Source: Nitrospirota bacterium (GTDB taxonomy: Bacteria > Nitrospirota > JACRHJ01). Taken from it: 64,000 bases of DNA. Shown here piece by piece: positions 32,431-41,260 of this stretch. The stretch lies in the NCBI GenBank assembly GCA_963845245.1, contig CAWJRJ010000014.1, positions 79,134 through 143,133 of the forward strand. Direction: 5' to 3'. A model generated the notes under the pieces. The model was not told the DNA's origin, did not search any database, and saw nothing but the letters and a program-made list of their open reading frames with translations. Positions within the stretch are counted from its first letter, which is position 1; each line of letters begins with the position of its first letter. The position numbers and the translations under genes were made by a program.

Positions 32431-33487
32431 ATGAATTCGAAATACAAAAGACGGCTATTTTTTATAACGATTTTAGTTTCTTTTCTATACGGGTCTGTCG
32501 CTTGGGCAGGCGGTTTCTGCTGCCAGATGCAGTCCGGTGTGGGGCAGAACGGCCTTTCGGGCGCCGGAAACGTCAGCCTCGGCGTGGATTACTCCTACAG
32601 CAGGATGTCCAGGTTCATGCAGGGTGACGACTCGGTGAGTCTTGCGGCAGTGCTTGACGACCCGAGGTTCAGGCCTGCGGCGATGGGAAAAATGATGGGT
32701 ATGGGTGTAGTGCCGGATGAGATGACTATGCAGCGCGTAACCCTGACCGCAGCCTACCAGCCTACCGACAGGCTTGCATTGTCGTTGTCCGTCCCATGGG
32801 TGATAAACGATATGACCATGTTCATGTGGAAAGACATGGGACTGGGTGGCAGTTGGACCAAGATAAAGATGGACCAGGTATCCGGGCTTGGCGACATAAC
32901 CCTGTTTGGCTCTTATAGGGTCTACCAGGACCAGGAAATGAGGCCCAGGACCTCGCTTTGGGCGGGGGTCGGAATAAAGTCACGCATCAGGTTCTTCAAC
33001 AGTGGACGAGGGTGGGAAGAGGGTCCACGCACACATGCAACCTGGCACCGGCTCCTGGGACCCAATTCTGAGCCTGAACTACGTCAAGATGATAAGCTCG
33101 GCCTTCCTGTTGAAGGCTGGCGGGACGTATCATATCGCGACCGACAACAACCTGAATTATAATTATGGCAACACTCTCGCCGTTGACACCGACCTTGCCT
33201 ACAACCTGACCGACTACATGAACGTCTCGCTTGGTTTCAATTATTTTCATTCAGATAAAGCCCAAGACCCGGACAATAATTATAACGGACAGAATCCGCA
33301 CAGGCTGACGGACTATGTAGGATATACCGGAGAGGACAGTATCTGGGTTTCGCCCACAATGCGTATAATGCCTCTGGCTGGCATGGCCGTTGATTTTAAG
33401 TTCCAATATCCGCTGTATTATCATATCCCGGTCATCGCGCAGGTCACGGACTTCCGGGTAACGGGAGGCCTCTCCTACAGTTTCTAA
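32431..33487 (+). pseudogene. Paralogous outer-membrane beta-barrel protein, frameshifted near 32974-32985
   Basis: The N-terminal part (signal peptide, GGFCCQMQSG) and the C-terminal part (MQPGTGSWDPIL...GGLSYSF) lie in different frames. The homologous motif in the paralog (LPTGSF...LQPGTGTTD) spans the break. Confidence 0.65.
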
Positions 33488-33502
33488 CATCTGCACAAAT
33501 CA

Positions 33503-33531
33503 AAACGGCGCGGGCATGGCCCGCGCCGTTT
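33503..33531. terminator. Bidirectional hairpin terminator between convergent genes
   Basis: Near-perfect palindrome AAACGGCGCGGGC-atg-GCCCGCGCCGTTT flanked by A-rich and T-rich tracts. Confidence 0.6.
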
Positions 33532-33551
33532 ATTCTTTTACGCTCTACTCC

Positions 33552-33989
33552 TTAAAACCATTCCGCCCCGGCCTCGACATCGCTTTGGGAGATAACCAGG
33601 TTCCCCCCCTCCGCCTTGCTGGGGATTTTAATCGGCACGCAGTTCCCGATACCCGTATCGAGGTTTTCGATGCTGAAGGCCGTGTTGCAGTACCTGCATA
33701 CCACGCAGCCATTTTCGGTCCTGTACCCCATGTGGTGAGGGTAGCAGGTGATGCAGGCGTCGAAGGCTGTCTTGAACTCCCCGTCTTCCGAACGGGCAAC
33801 GAGGAACACAATATCCTTGTCGCCATAATGATGGCTGAAGAACCGGACATTCCCTTTTTCAATACTGGCTGTATTAATTATAAACTTGCCGTCCCGTGGC
33901 GCGATCTCCTCGCCCCTGGATTTTTTGCCGCAGGCGAATAGGGACACAAGGACAAGAGACAGGATTATTGTCGTCGTGATTTTTTTCAT
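33552..33989 (-). CDS. DUF2318-type 4-Cys lipoprotein
   Basis: Lipobox SLFAC. Motif DACITCYPHHMGY...GCVVCRYCNTAF (CxxC ... CxxC) as I recall for DUF2318. Confidence 0.7.
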   Translation of the reverse strand: MKKITTTIILSLVLVSLFACGKKSRGEEIAPRDGKFIINTASIEKGNVRFFSHHYGDKDIVFLVARSEDGEFKTAFDACITCYPHHMGYRTENGCVVCRYCNTAFSIENLDTGIGNCVPIKIPSKAEGGNLVISQSDVEAGAEWF

Positions 33990-34065
33990 TATCCAGATTA
34001 AACCATAAATTGATACGACATGGAAGAGTTTTAGTGCAGGCCTGAGTGTTTTTTATCTCTGTTGA

Positions 34066-34094
34066 TTGACTTCGTTTTTGCATGATGTTATTAT
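34066..34094 (+). promoter_or_regulatory. Sigma-70-type promoter for the multihaem cytochrome gene
   Basis: TTGACT (34066-34071), 17-nt spacer, TATTAT (34089-34094). This places the track start at 34082 upstream of the transcription start. Confidence 0.5.
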
Positions 34095-34120
34095 TTTGTA
34101 ACGCCATAAAAAGGAAGCTG

Positions 34121-35989
34121 ATGAGTAACAGGCTTGTTATCGGGAAATTAAGTGATATCCTATCCAAACCCTTCGTTATTTTTATTCTTTTTGCCCAGTT
34201 CGCGGCAGCGATAATCATAGCCTCGGCATACCACGGCCGTAGCAGTTCCGACGGCTGCCTCTACTGCCATGCGGACAAGCGGGCCATGGCCCGCATGGGC
34301 GCGCCCGGCCTCTATGTCACCCGTGAACAGGTCGAGAAGGAATCCAATATGCCCGGCGTCACCTGCCTGGACTGCCACCTGGGCGACGGCCGCTCACACG
34401 ACAAGGACACAGCCCACAAGGGCATGCTCAGCCTGATACTTCTCGACCAGGACTTGAACCGCATCCCGCGCAAGGGCAGGATGGATATAATCGCCCCCTC
34501 AGGCTCCGACAGGCTCTACGCCATGTTCCCCAAGATAAACTACGACGGCGCCCAGGTCCCCGACCCGGACATCTTCACCGTCCTGTGGCATGACAGAGAC
34601 CCCATAACCCTCGGTTACGACAAGACCATATCCCAGAAGACCTGCGGTAAGAGCGGCTGCCACCCGCAGGAGGTCAAGCAGTTCTCCGATACCGTTATGG
34701 GCGGCAACGTCCGCCAGCGTTCCATGGGTCACTGGCTCGACAAGCATGGCCCAAACAACTGCGGGCCGTCGTTTGCCGACCTGCCTCCCGGCAGCGGGGC
34801 CGGTTTCTCCGAAGCCAATTACAAGATCATAAAGGACGACCTGGCGTGCCCGTCCACCTACAGGAACGCCACCGACCGCCAGCGCTTCTGCAACGTCTGC
34901 CACGCAGGCTGTCTTGACTGCCATTACCAGCCCGTAAAGAGCATGCATTCCTTCAGCAGGCGGATACCTTCCGAGAACTGCACCGGAGGCGGACGCGGCA
35001 CCGGCATGTGCCATTCCGGGAGCCAGGAGCGAAGGCGCGGCGACAGCTACCTCGGTGCGGAGTTCTCGCAGCCGCCCGGACTGCCGACGGACGCACACTA
35101 CAAAAAGAAGATGGAATGCATGGACTGCCATGAGACGGGCGAGAAGGGGATGGGCGACATGCAGCGGAAGGTGGACTGTAGCGGCTGCCATTACGCCATC
35201 GTCAAGGCGCACGACGCCGGCGTACACCGGAAGCTCCGGTGCCAGGCCTGCCACATCTCCACGCTCGGGGGCTACCAGATGACCGTCTGGGGCGAGGGCC
35301 ACGTATCAGGTAGGCAGACCCCGTTCAAGAAGTACAGCCTGTACTACGGCACGATCGAGGAGCCCATCCTCATCAAGGACATGGAAGGCATGTATACCCC
35401 GTACAAGGTGTTCCCGAACGTCGCGACAAACATCAAAAGGCCGGAGGCCAAACGCGACGGCATCACGTTCCGCTGGCCGGGAGGGGAGACGAGGGACGCT
35501 TACGCCTTCCTCGGCACGTATGACACGCTCCCGAAGGCCAACCTCGCCCTTGCATTCATACAGATAGAGGCGGTCGGCCACCCCCTCGGCAAGTCCCGCA
35601 CGTGCGAGTCCTGCCACGGCTCGGATACCCAGTCCGCGAAGGCGCAGTGGGAGTACCTGGGCTTCACCGGCTCAGAGGCCTTCAAGGGCGCAAGCCTCGT
35701 TACCGCAGGCAAGGACGGCCTGAAGATAAGCGGGTTCAAGAATACCACGCCTATCAATATGATAGGTGATGCGGAACTGGCCGACTTTGCCGCGTGGCTC
35801 TACCTCGGCGACATATGGAACGTCAAAGGCGACTTCTCCATCCCGAAGTCCGACCCTGTGAAGTACCGGGAATATCTGAGGCAGGAGGGCGAGTTCAAGA
35901 GCCTGCTCGGGAAGAAGGCCGTGACCGCGAAAATCAAGTCCATAGGCGAGCATAACCCGAAGATGGGGCTGGATATTTTGAATAGGTAA
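34121..35989 (+). CDS. Membrane-anchored multihaem c-type cytochrome
   Basis: N-terminal TM anchor. Eight CxxCH motifs (CLYCH, CLDCH, CNVCH, CLDCH, CMDCH, CSGCH, CQACH, CESCH), plus CGKSGCH (CX4CH) and CTGGGRGTGMCH (CX9CH). Confidence 0.85.
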   Translation: MSNRLVIGKLSDILSKPFVIFILFAQFAAAIIIASAYHGRSSSDGCLYCHADKRAMARMGAPGLYVTREQVEKESNMPGVTCLDCHLGDGRSHDKDTAHKGMLSLILLDQDLNRIPRKGRMDIIAPSGSDRLYAMFPKINYDGAQVPDPDIFTVLWHDRDPITLGYDKTISQKTCGKSGCHPQEVKQFSDTVMGGNVRQRSMGHWLDKHGPNNCGPSFADLPPGSGAGFSEANYKIIKDDLACPSTYRNATDRQRFCNVCHAGCLDCHYQPVKSMHSFSRRIPSENCTGGGRGTGMCHSGSQERRRGDSYLGAEFSQPPGLPTDAHYKKKMECMDCHETGEKGMGDMQRKVDCSGCHYAIVKAHDAGVHRKLRCQACHISTLGGYQMTVWGEGHVSGRQTPFKKYSLYYGTIEEPILIKDMEGMYTPYKVFPNVATNIKRPEAKRDGITFRWPGGETRDAYAFLGTYDTLPKANLALAFIQIEAVGHPLGKSRTCESCHGSDTQSAKAQWEYLGFTGSEAFKGASLVTAGKDGLKISGFKNTTPINMIGDAELADFAAWLYLGDIWNVKGDFSIPKSDPVKYREYLRQEGEFKSLLGKKAVTAKIKSIGEHNPKMGLDILNR

Positions 35990-36071
35990 CGGTGGGCAAA
36001 TTGATTGACACGCCTCCTTACGAGGTAGTAAGATAAGGAATAGACTGAATTAACCGGAGCCAACGAAATCC

Positions 36072-37388
36072 ATGAAAAAGACCTTCGTTCTTGACACAAA
36101 CGTACTCCTGCATGACCCGAATTCCATATTTTCCTTTGAAGACAACGACGTAATAATACCCATCGTAGTGATAGAGGAGCTGGACAAGTTCAAAAAGGGT
36201 CTGGACGAGATAGGCCGTAACGCCAGGCAGGTCTCAAGGCACCTGGACGAGCTTCGGATGAAGAACAAGCTCTCCGTCGGTGTTAACCTCGACAACGGCG
36301 GCACCCTGAAGGTGGAGCTGAACCACCAGCGCGAAGAGCCCTGTCCGCTCCCGACCGACCTGTCGCTTGCCGTAGCCGACAACCGTATCCTGATGGTGGC
36401 GCTGTGTTACTCAAAGGAAAGGGAGGGCGTGGTCCTTGTCACAAAGGACACCAACCTCCGCATAAAGGCGGACGCGGTGGGCCTGACGACCGAGGACTAC
36501 GAGACGGGCACCATCAATATCGACGAGCTTTACACGGGCGAGACCGAACTGGACGTCGAGCAGGCCGCGCTTACCGAATTCTTCGAAAAAGGGGAGCTTG
36601 CCGTCCCTGCGGATGTGTACTACCCGAACCAGTTCGTCATGGTAAGGAACCAGGCCAACCCGAGCCAGACCGGGCTTGCAAAGTACAACCCCAAAAGGAA
36701 GGCCGTTGTCCAGCTTGCCGGGGCCAAGCAGGGCGTGTGGGGCGTTTCGGCAAGGAACAAGGAGCAGAATTACGCGCTCGACCTTCTGCTGGACGACGAG
36801 ATAAAGCTGGTCACTCTCGTAGGCAGGGCGGGCACGGGCAAGACCCTGCTGGCGCTCGCCGCCGGGCTTGAGAAGACGGTCGAGGAGCGCATATACCAGA
36901 GGCTGGTCGTTTCCAGGCCGATCTTCCCGCTGGGCCGCGACATCGGCTTCCTCCCGGGCGACGTCGAGGAAAAGCTGAAGCCCTGGATGCAGCCTATATT
37001 CGACAACCTGGAGTTCCTCATGGGCCCCTCCGAGGGGCGCGGCCGCAGGCCAAAGGACTACCACGGCCTGGTGGACCTGGGGATGCTGGAGCTTGAACCG
37101 CTCACATACATCAGGGGCAGGAGCATGCCAAACCGCTATCTCATAGTGGACGAGGCCCAGAACCTGACCCCGCATGAGATAAAGACAATAATAAGCCGCG
37201 CGGGGGAGAATACCAAGATCGTCCTTACCGGCGACCCGTACCAGATAGACAACCCGTACATCGATTCGTCCTCGAACGGCCTCACATATGTTGCGGAGAG
37301 GTTCAAGCACGAGGCTATAGCCGGCCACATAACCCTCATAAAGGGCGAACGCTCATCCCTGGCCGAGCTTGCGACAAGGCTGCTATAG
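36072..37388 (+). CDS. PhoH2: PIN-domain / PhoH-like ATPase fusion
   Basis: N-terminal PIN (FVLDTNVLLHDP) and C-terminal PhoH with Walker A GRAGTGKT and Walker B IVDEAQN. Confidence 0.9.
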   Translation: MKKTFVLDTNVLLHDPNSIFSFEDNDVIIPIVVIEELDKFKKGLDEIGRNARQVSRHLDELRMKNKLSVGVNLDNGGTLKVELNHQREEPCPLPTDLSLAVADNRILMVALCYSKEREGVVLVTKDTNLRIKADAVGLTTEDYETGTINIDELYTGETELDVEQAALTEFFEKGELAVPADVYYPNQFVMVRNQANPSQTGLAKYNPKRKAVVQLAGAKQGVWGVSARNKEQNYALDLLLDDEIKLVTLVGRAGTGKTLLALAAGLEKTVEERIYQRLVVSRPIFPLGRDIGFLPGDVEEKLKPWMQPIFDNLEFLMGPSEGRGRRPKDYHGLVDLGMLELEPLTYIRGRSMPNRYLIVDEAQNLTPHEIKTIISRAGENTKIVLTGDPYQIDNPYIDSSSNGLTYVAERFKHEAIAGHITLIKGERSSLAELATRLL

Positions 37389-37396
37389 CGTTTTCT

Positions 37397-37426
37397 CTTG
37401 ACTTGGGGGAGGTCTGCCCTTTATAA
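37397..37426 (+). promoter_or_regulatory. Sigma-70-type promoter upstream of the hem cluster
   Basis: TTGACT (37397-37402), 18-nt spacer, TATAAT (37421-37426). Confidence 0.4.
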
Positions 37427-37460
37427 TTTAACTTTGTCGAACGCTTGCAAGAGGTGATAT

Positions 37461-37640
37461 TTGTCCGTACTTTACGCACTTATGATACCCGCAGGTCTAT
37501 TATGTCTGGGATGGGGTTTCTGGGCAGCGCATAACGCTAAAAAGCCTGTTGACATCATAGGTTCGCTTGCAATCCTTGCAGGTCTGGCGACGGCGCTGCT
37601 CGGTACGCTTCTGGTCTGCGTCCCGCGTTTTTTCTCCTGA
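37461..37640 (+). CDS. Small 2-TM membrane protein (59 aa), below the ORF-track cutoff
   Basis: TTG start with GAGGTGA Shine-Dalgarno. Two hydrophobic helices. The stop lies 8 nt before the next gene. Confidence 0.35.
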   Translation: MSVLYALMIPAGLLCLGWGFWAAHNAKKPVDIIGSLAILAGLATALLGTLLVCVPRFFS

Positions 37641-37647
37641 GGGCCTG

Positions 37648-38097
37648 ATGGAAAAAGCCAAACTCATAAAGTTTCTCAGAAACGCCCTGCTGGTCTTTGT
37701 TGTGCTGATTTCGATGGTGTGGGTAAAGACCTATTCTTACGGCAGGGGCCAGTACCTGGAGGGCGAGAAGGCATTCGCGGCTGGCGACTATAAAACCGCC
37801 ATATCAGATTATGAGACCGCAATACATATGTACACACCCTTAAGCGGCTATGTGCCCGCTTCGGCCCAGAGGCTCTGGGAGATAGGCCAGGGTTTTGAAA
37901 ACGCGGGGGAATATGACTGGTCGCTTATAGCATACCGCTCGCTCCGGAGCAGTTTCTATGCGGTCAGGAGCTTCTACACCCCATACAAGGACTGGATCGA
38001 CCGCTCCGAAAAACAGATAGACGTCGTACTTGCCATGCAGAGCAAGCGTAACGGCCAAACGCCCACCAAGGAGGCCTCGCCGTCAGCTCATGAATAG
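37648..38097 (+). CDS. Membrane-anchored hypothetical protein with TPR-like helix pair
   Basis: 149 aa. An N-terminal TM helix is followed by GEKAFAAGDYKTAISDYETAI. Confidence 0.5.
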   Translation: MEKAKLIKFLRNALLVFVVLISMVWVKTYSYGRGQYLEGEKAFAAGDYKTAISDYETAIHMYTPLSGYVPASAQRLWEIGQGFENAGEYDWSLIAYRSLRSSFYAVRSFYTPYKDWIDRSEKQIDVVLAMQSKRNGQTPTKEASPSAHE

Positions 38098-38905
38098 GGT
38101 TCTTTTCGGCATTACGCTGTTTTTTTATTTTCTTGCCACCTTCCACTACCTCCTCTTTCTCATCAACCAGAGGGAGAGTATAGGGAAGGTCTGTCAGATA
38201 ACCACCATAGTGGGGTTCGGTTTCCATACGGCATCCATCATATACCAGATGGTGAGCCTTAGCCACATCCCCCTTACCAGCATAAGGGAATCGCTCGGTT
38301 TTTTTGCCTGGGCTATAGTGCTCATTTACCTTATCCTCGAGTACAAGGTGAAGATCCGGGTGATGGGGGCGTTCATAATCCCGCTCGCCTTCATCGCCGT
38401 TGCGGTCTCGCTCACGTTCCCCATAATCACGACGCCTCTGCCTGCATATTTCAGCAGCGCATGGCTGGGTATACATACGACGCTTGCCTTCCTCGCTGAC
38501 GCGTCCTTTGCCATCGCGTTCGGCGTGGGTATCATGTACCTGATACAGGAGCGGCAGCTAAAACACAAGAACCCCGGTGCGTTTTACCACCGTCTGCCAA
38601 ACCTTGACGTTCTGGACGAACTGGACTATAAGGCCATCGCGCTCGGCTTCCCGCTGCTTACCCTTGCCATCGTCACAGGATCGATATGGGCCAACAGCGC
38701 ATGGGGTTATTACTGGGGCTGGGAACCAAAAGAGATATGGTCGCTTATCACCTGGCTAATATATGCGGCATATCTGCACGCCCGCCTGGTCGGCGGATGG
38801 CGGGGCCGCAAGGCGGCATACCTTGCCGTTATTGGTTTTGTGCTTGTTATATTTACATTCCTGGGCGTGAACCTGCTTCTGCCCGGGCAACACGCTTTTA
38901 AATAA
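38090..38905 (+). CDS. CcsA-like cytochrome c assembly family protein (HemX-type, upstream of hemA)
   Basis: 8-TM protein with the Trp-rich motif WGYYWGWEPKEIWSLITW. Its position matches hemX of hemAXCDBL-type operons. Confidence 0.8.
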   Translation: MNRVLFGITLFFYFLATFHYLLFLINQRESIGKVCQITTIVGFGFHTASIIYQMVSLSHIPLTSIRESLGFFAWAIVLIYLILEYKVKIRVMGAFIIPLAFIAVAVSLTFPIITTPLPAYFSSAWLGIHTTLAFLADASFAIAFGVGIMYLIQERQLKHKNPGAFYHRLPNLDVLDELDYKAIALGFPLLTLAIVTGSIWANSAWGYYWGWEPKEIWSLITWLIYAAYLHARLVGGWRGRKAAYLAVIGFVLVIFTFLGVNLLLPGQHAFK

Positions 38906-38916
38906 CCGGAAGAGCC

Positions 38917-40242
38917 ATGAGTATTGTCGTCGTAGGTCTCAGCCATAAGACAGCCTCCGTTGAGGTGAGGGAAAAACTTTCGTTCCCGGAGGCGAAACTG
39001 CCGGATGCGCTCAGTTGCATGGGCAAGTGCACCATGGTGAACGAGAACGTCATCCTCTCCACCTGTAACAGGGTCGAGACCTATGCCTTGGTGAAGGACG
39101 TCGAAAAAGGCTCCGAGGTGTTGAAGGATTTCTATCTCGAATACCACGGCCTGAAAGACAATATATACAGGGACAGCCTTTATGCCTACACTGGAAGGGA
39201 AGCGGTCCGCCACATATTCCGCGTCGCCGCCAGCCTCGATTCCATGGTCGTGGGCGAGCCCCAGATACTGGGCCAGTTAAAAGACGCGTTCGACCACGCC
39301 CTTGCGAACAAGACTACCGGCGTGGTGATGAACCGTCTCATGAAGAAGACTATCTCGGTGGCGAAGAGGATACGCACCGAGACCAAGATAGCCGAGTCTG
39401 CGGTATCCATAAGCTTTGCCGCGGTCGAGCTTGCCAGGAAGATATTCGGCGACCTGGAAGGCAAGTCGGTAATGCTTGCCGGCGCCGGCGAGATGGCCGA
39501 GCTTGCGGCCAGACACCTGGTTAATAACGGCGTAAAGACGGTGCTGGTTGCAAACAGGACATTCGAGCGCGCGGAAACCCTTGCCGATGAATTTGGAGGC
39601 AGGGCCGTGAAATACGAAGACTTATCCGATGAGATGGTCCATGCCGACATACTGATAGCCTCGACCGGGGCCCAGCACTACATACTTACCCAGAAGGACA
39701 TGGCCAAGGTCATAAAGGAGCGCAAGAACCGCCCCGTGTTCCTGATAGACATAGCCGTGCCCAGGAACCTTGACCCGGACATAAACAAGATAGACAACGT
39801 ATACCTTTACGACATCGACGACCTTCAGTCCGTGGTCGCGTCCAACATAAAAGAAAGGCAGAAGGAGGCGGAGCTTGCCGAGGAGATAGTGGAGGAGGAG
39901 ATAAACACCTTCATGTCCTGGCTCCGCTCGATCGACGTCGTCCCGACCATCGTAGCAATACGAGACAAGGCCGAATCGATAAGGCAGGCCGAGCTCGAAC
40001 GCTCGCTCTCGAAGATGGGCGAACTAAGCGAAAAGCAGAAGAAGCAGGTTGAGAGCCTGACCCAGGCGATAGTGAACAAGATACTGCATACGCCGCTGGT
40101 CGCACTGAAGCAGAGCGCGGGCGACCCGGAAGGAAGCAGCCATGTAGAGGCCGCGCGTGTGCTTTTCGACCTTGACCGTCAGGAACCGGACGAAGGCGCG
40201 GTCGAACCCGCCGGCCATGGTTCCGGGGCGGAAACCAGATAG
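38917..40242 (+). CDS. hemA: Glutamyl-tRNA reductase
   Basis: MSIVVVGLSHKTASVEVREKLSF, active-site STCNRVE and NADPH motif GAGEMAE. Confidence 0.95.
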   Translation: MSIVVVGLSHKTASVEVREKLSFPEAKLPDALSCMGKCTMVNENVILSTCNRVETYALVKDVEKGSEVLKDFYLEYHGLKDNIYRDSLYAYTGREAVRHIFRVAASLDSMVVGEPQILGQLKDAFDHALANKTTGVVMNRLMKKTISVAKRIRTETKIAESAVSISFAAVELARKIFGDLEGKSVMLAGAGEMAELAARHLVNNGVKTVLVANRTFERAETLADEFGGRAVKYEDLSDEMVHADILIASTGAQHYILTQKDMAKVIKERKNRPVFLIDIAVPRNLDPDINKIDNVYLYDIDDLQSVVASNIKERQKEAELAEEIVEEEINTFMSWLRSIDVVPTIVAIRDKAESIRQAELERSLSKMGELSEKQKKQVESLTQAIVNKILHTPLVALKQSAGDPEGSSHVEAARVLFDLDRQEPDEGAVEPAGHGSGAETR

Positions 40243-40251
40243 GGGGATGAT

Positions 40252-41211
40252 TTGTCTAAGAGGGACAAAATTGTAATAGGTACGCGCGGCAGCCAGCTTG
40301 CACTCTGGCAGGCGGAATACGTACAGCGCGAGCTGATAAAGGCCTGTCCGGGTGTCGAGGTCACGCTCCAGAAGATAAAGACTACTGGCGACATGATACT
40401 AGACGTACCGCTTGCAAAGGTGGGCGGCAAGGGGCTCTTCGTCAAGGAGATCGAGGACGCAATGCTGAGGGGCGAGATCGACCTTGCCGTGCACAGCATG
40501 AAGGACGTACCGACCGTGCTCCCGGACAGTCTGCACCTGCGCTGCATGCCGAAGCGCGAGGACCCGAGCGACGCCTTCCTGTCAAAGGAGGCCAAAAGCT
40601 TTAAAGATCTGAAACAGGGCGGTACCGTCGGTACCAGCAGCCTTAGAAGGCAGTGCCAGCTCATGAGTGTGAGGCCGGACATAAAGATAGAACAGCTCCG
40701 CGGCAACCTCGATACCCGCATAAGGAAGATGGAGGAAGGGCAGTTCGATGCGATCATACTCGCCGCCGCCGGCATCAGGAGGCTGGGCTGGGGCGAGAAG
40801 ATAAAAGAATACATAGACCCGGAGATGTGCATCCCGGCCATCGGCCAGGGTGCGATAGGCATCGAGTGCAGGGTGGACGACGCCTTCATGAACGAGACGC
40901 TATCGGTACTCCAGCACCAGGACACGTGGGATTGTGTGGTAGCCGAGCGGGCGCTTTTGAAAAGGCTCGAAGGCGGCTGTCAGGTACCCATCGCAGCGCA
41001 TGCCCGGATCTTGCGGGAAAACGGCCGTGAGAAGCTGGTGCTGGTAGGCCTTGTCGGGAGTGTTTCCGGTGACCGTATTATCAGGGACAAAATAGAGACC
41101 ACAGTGAAAGACGGCGAGAAAGCCGGTGTGGCGCTTGCCGAAACGCTTCTCTCTCGCGGTGCAGGCGAGATACTGAAAGAAGTTTACGGAAGGGATGTCA
41201 CAGGTTATTAA
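40252..41211 (+). CDS. hemC: Porphobilinogen deaminase (hydroxymethylbilane synthase)
   Basis: IGTRGSQLALWQA, KGLFVKEIE, RGNLDTR, and the C-terminal domain cysteine in GGCQVPI. Confidence 0.95.
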   Translation: MSKRDKIVIGTRGSQLALWQAEYVQRELIKACPGVEVTLQKIKTTGDMILDVPLAKVGGKGLFVKEIEDAMLRGEIDLAVHSMKDVPTVLPDSLHLRCMPKREDPSDAFLSKEAKSFKDLKQGGTVGTSSLRRQCQLMSVRPDIKIEQLRGNLDTRIRKMEEGQFDAIILAAAGIRRLGWGEKIKEYIDPEMCIPAIGQGAIGIECRVDDAFMNETLSVLQHQDTWDCVVAERALLKRLEGGCQVPIAAHARILRENGREKLVLVGLVGSVSGDRIIRDKIETTVKDGEKAGVALAETLLSRGAGEILKEVYGRDVTGY

Positions 41212-41260
41212 AGAGCCGTGCTGGCGTTACACAAGGCCTTTTAATAGCAGGAGGAAAGTC

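Noticed and set aside
34082-34120. Upstream ATG (34082) as the start of the multihaem cytochrome
   Set aside because: It lies between the -35 and -10 boxes of the best promoter candidate. ATG 34121 has an AAGGAAG ribosome-binding site and still precedes the TM anchor.
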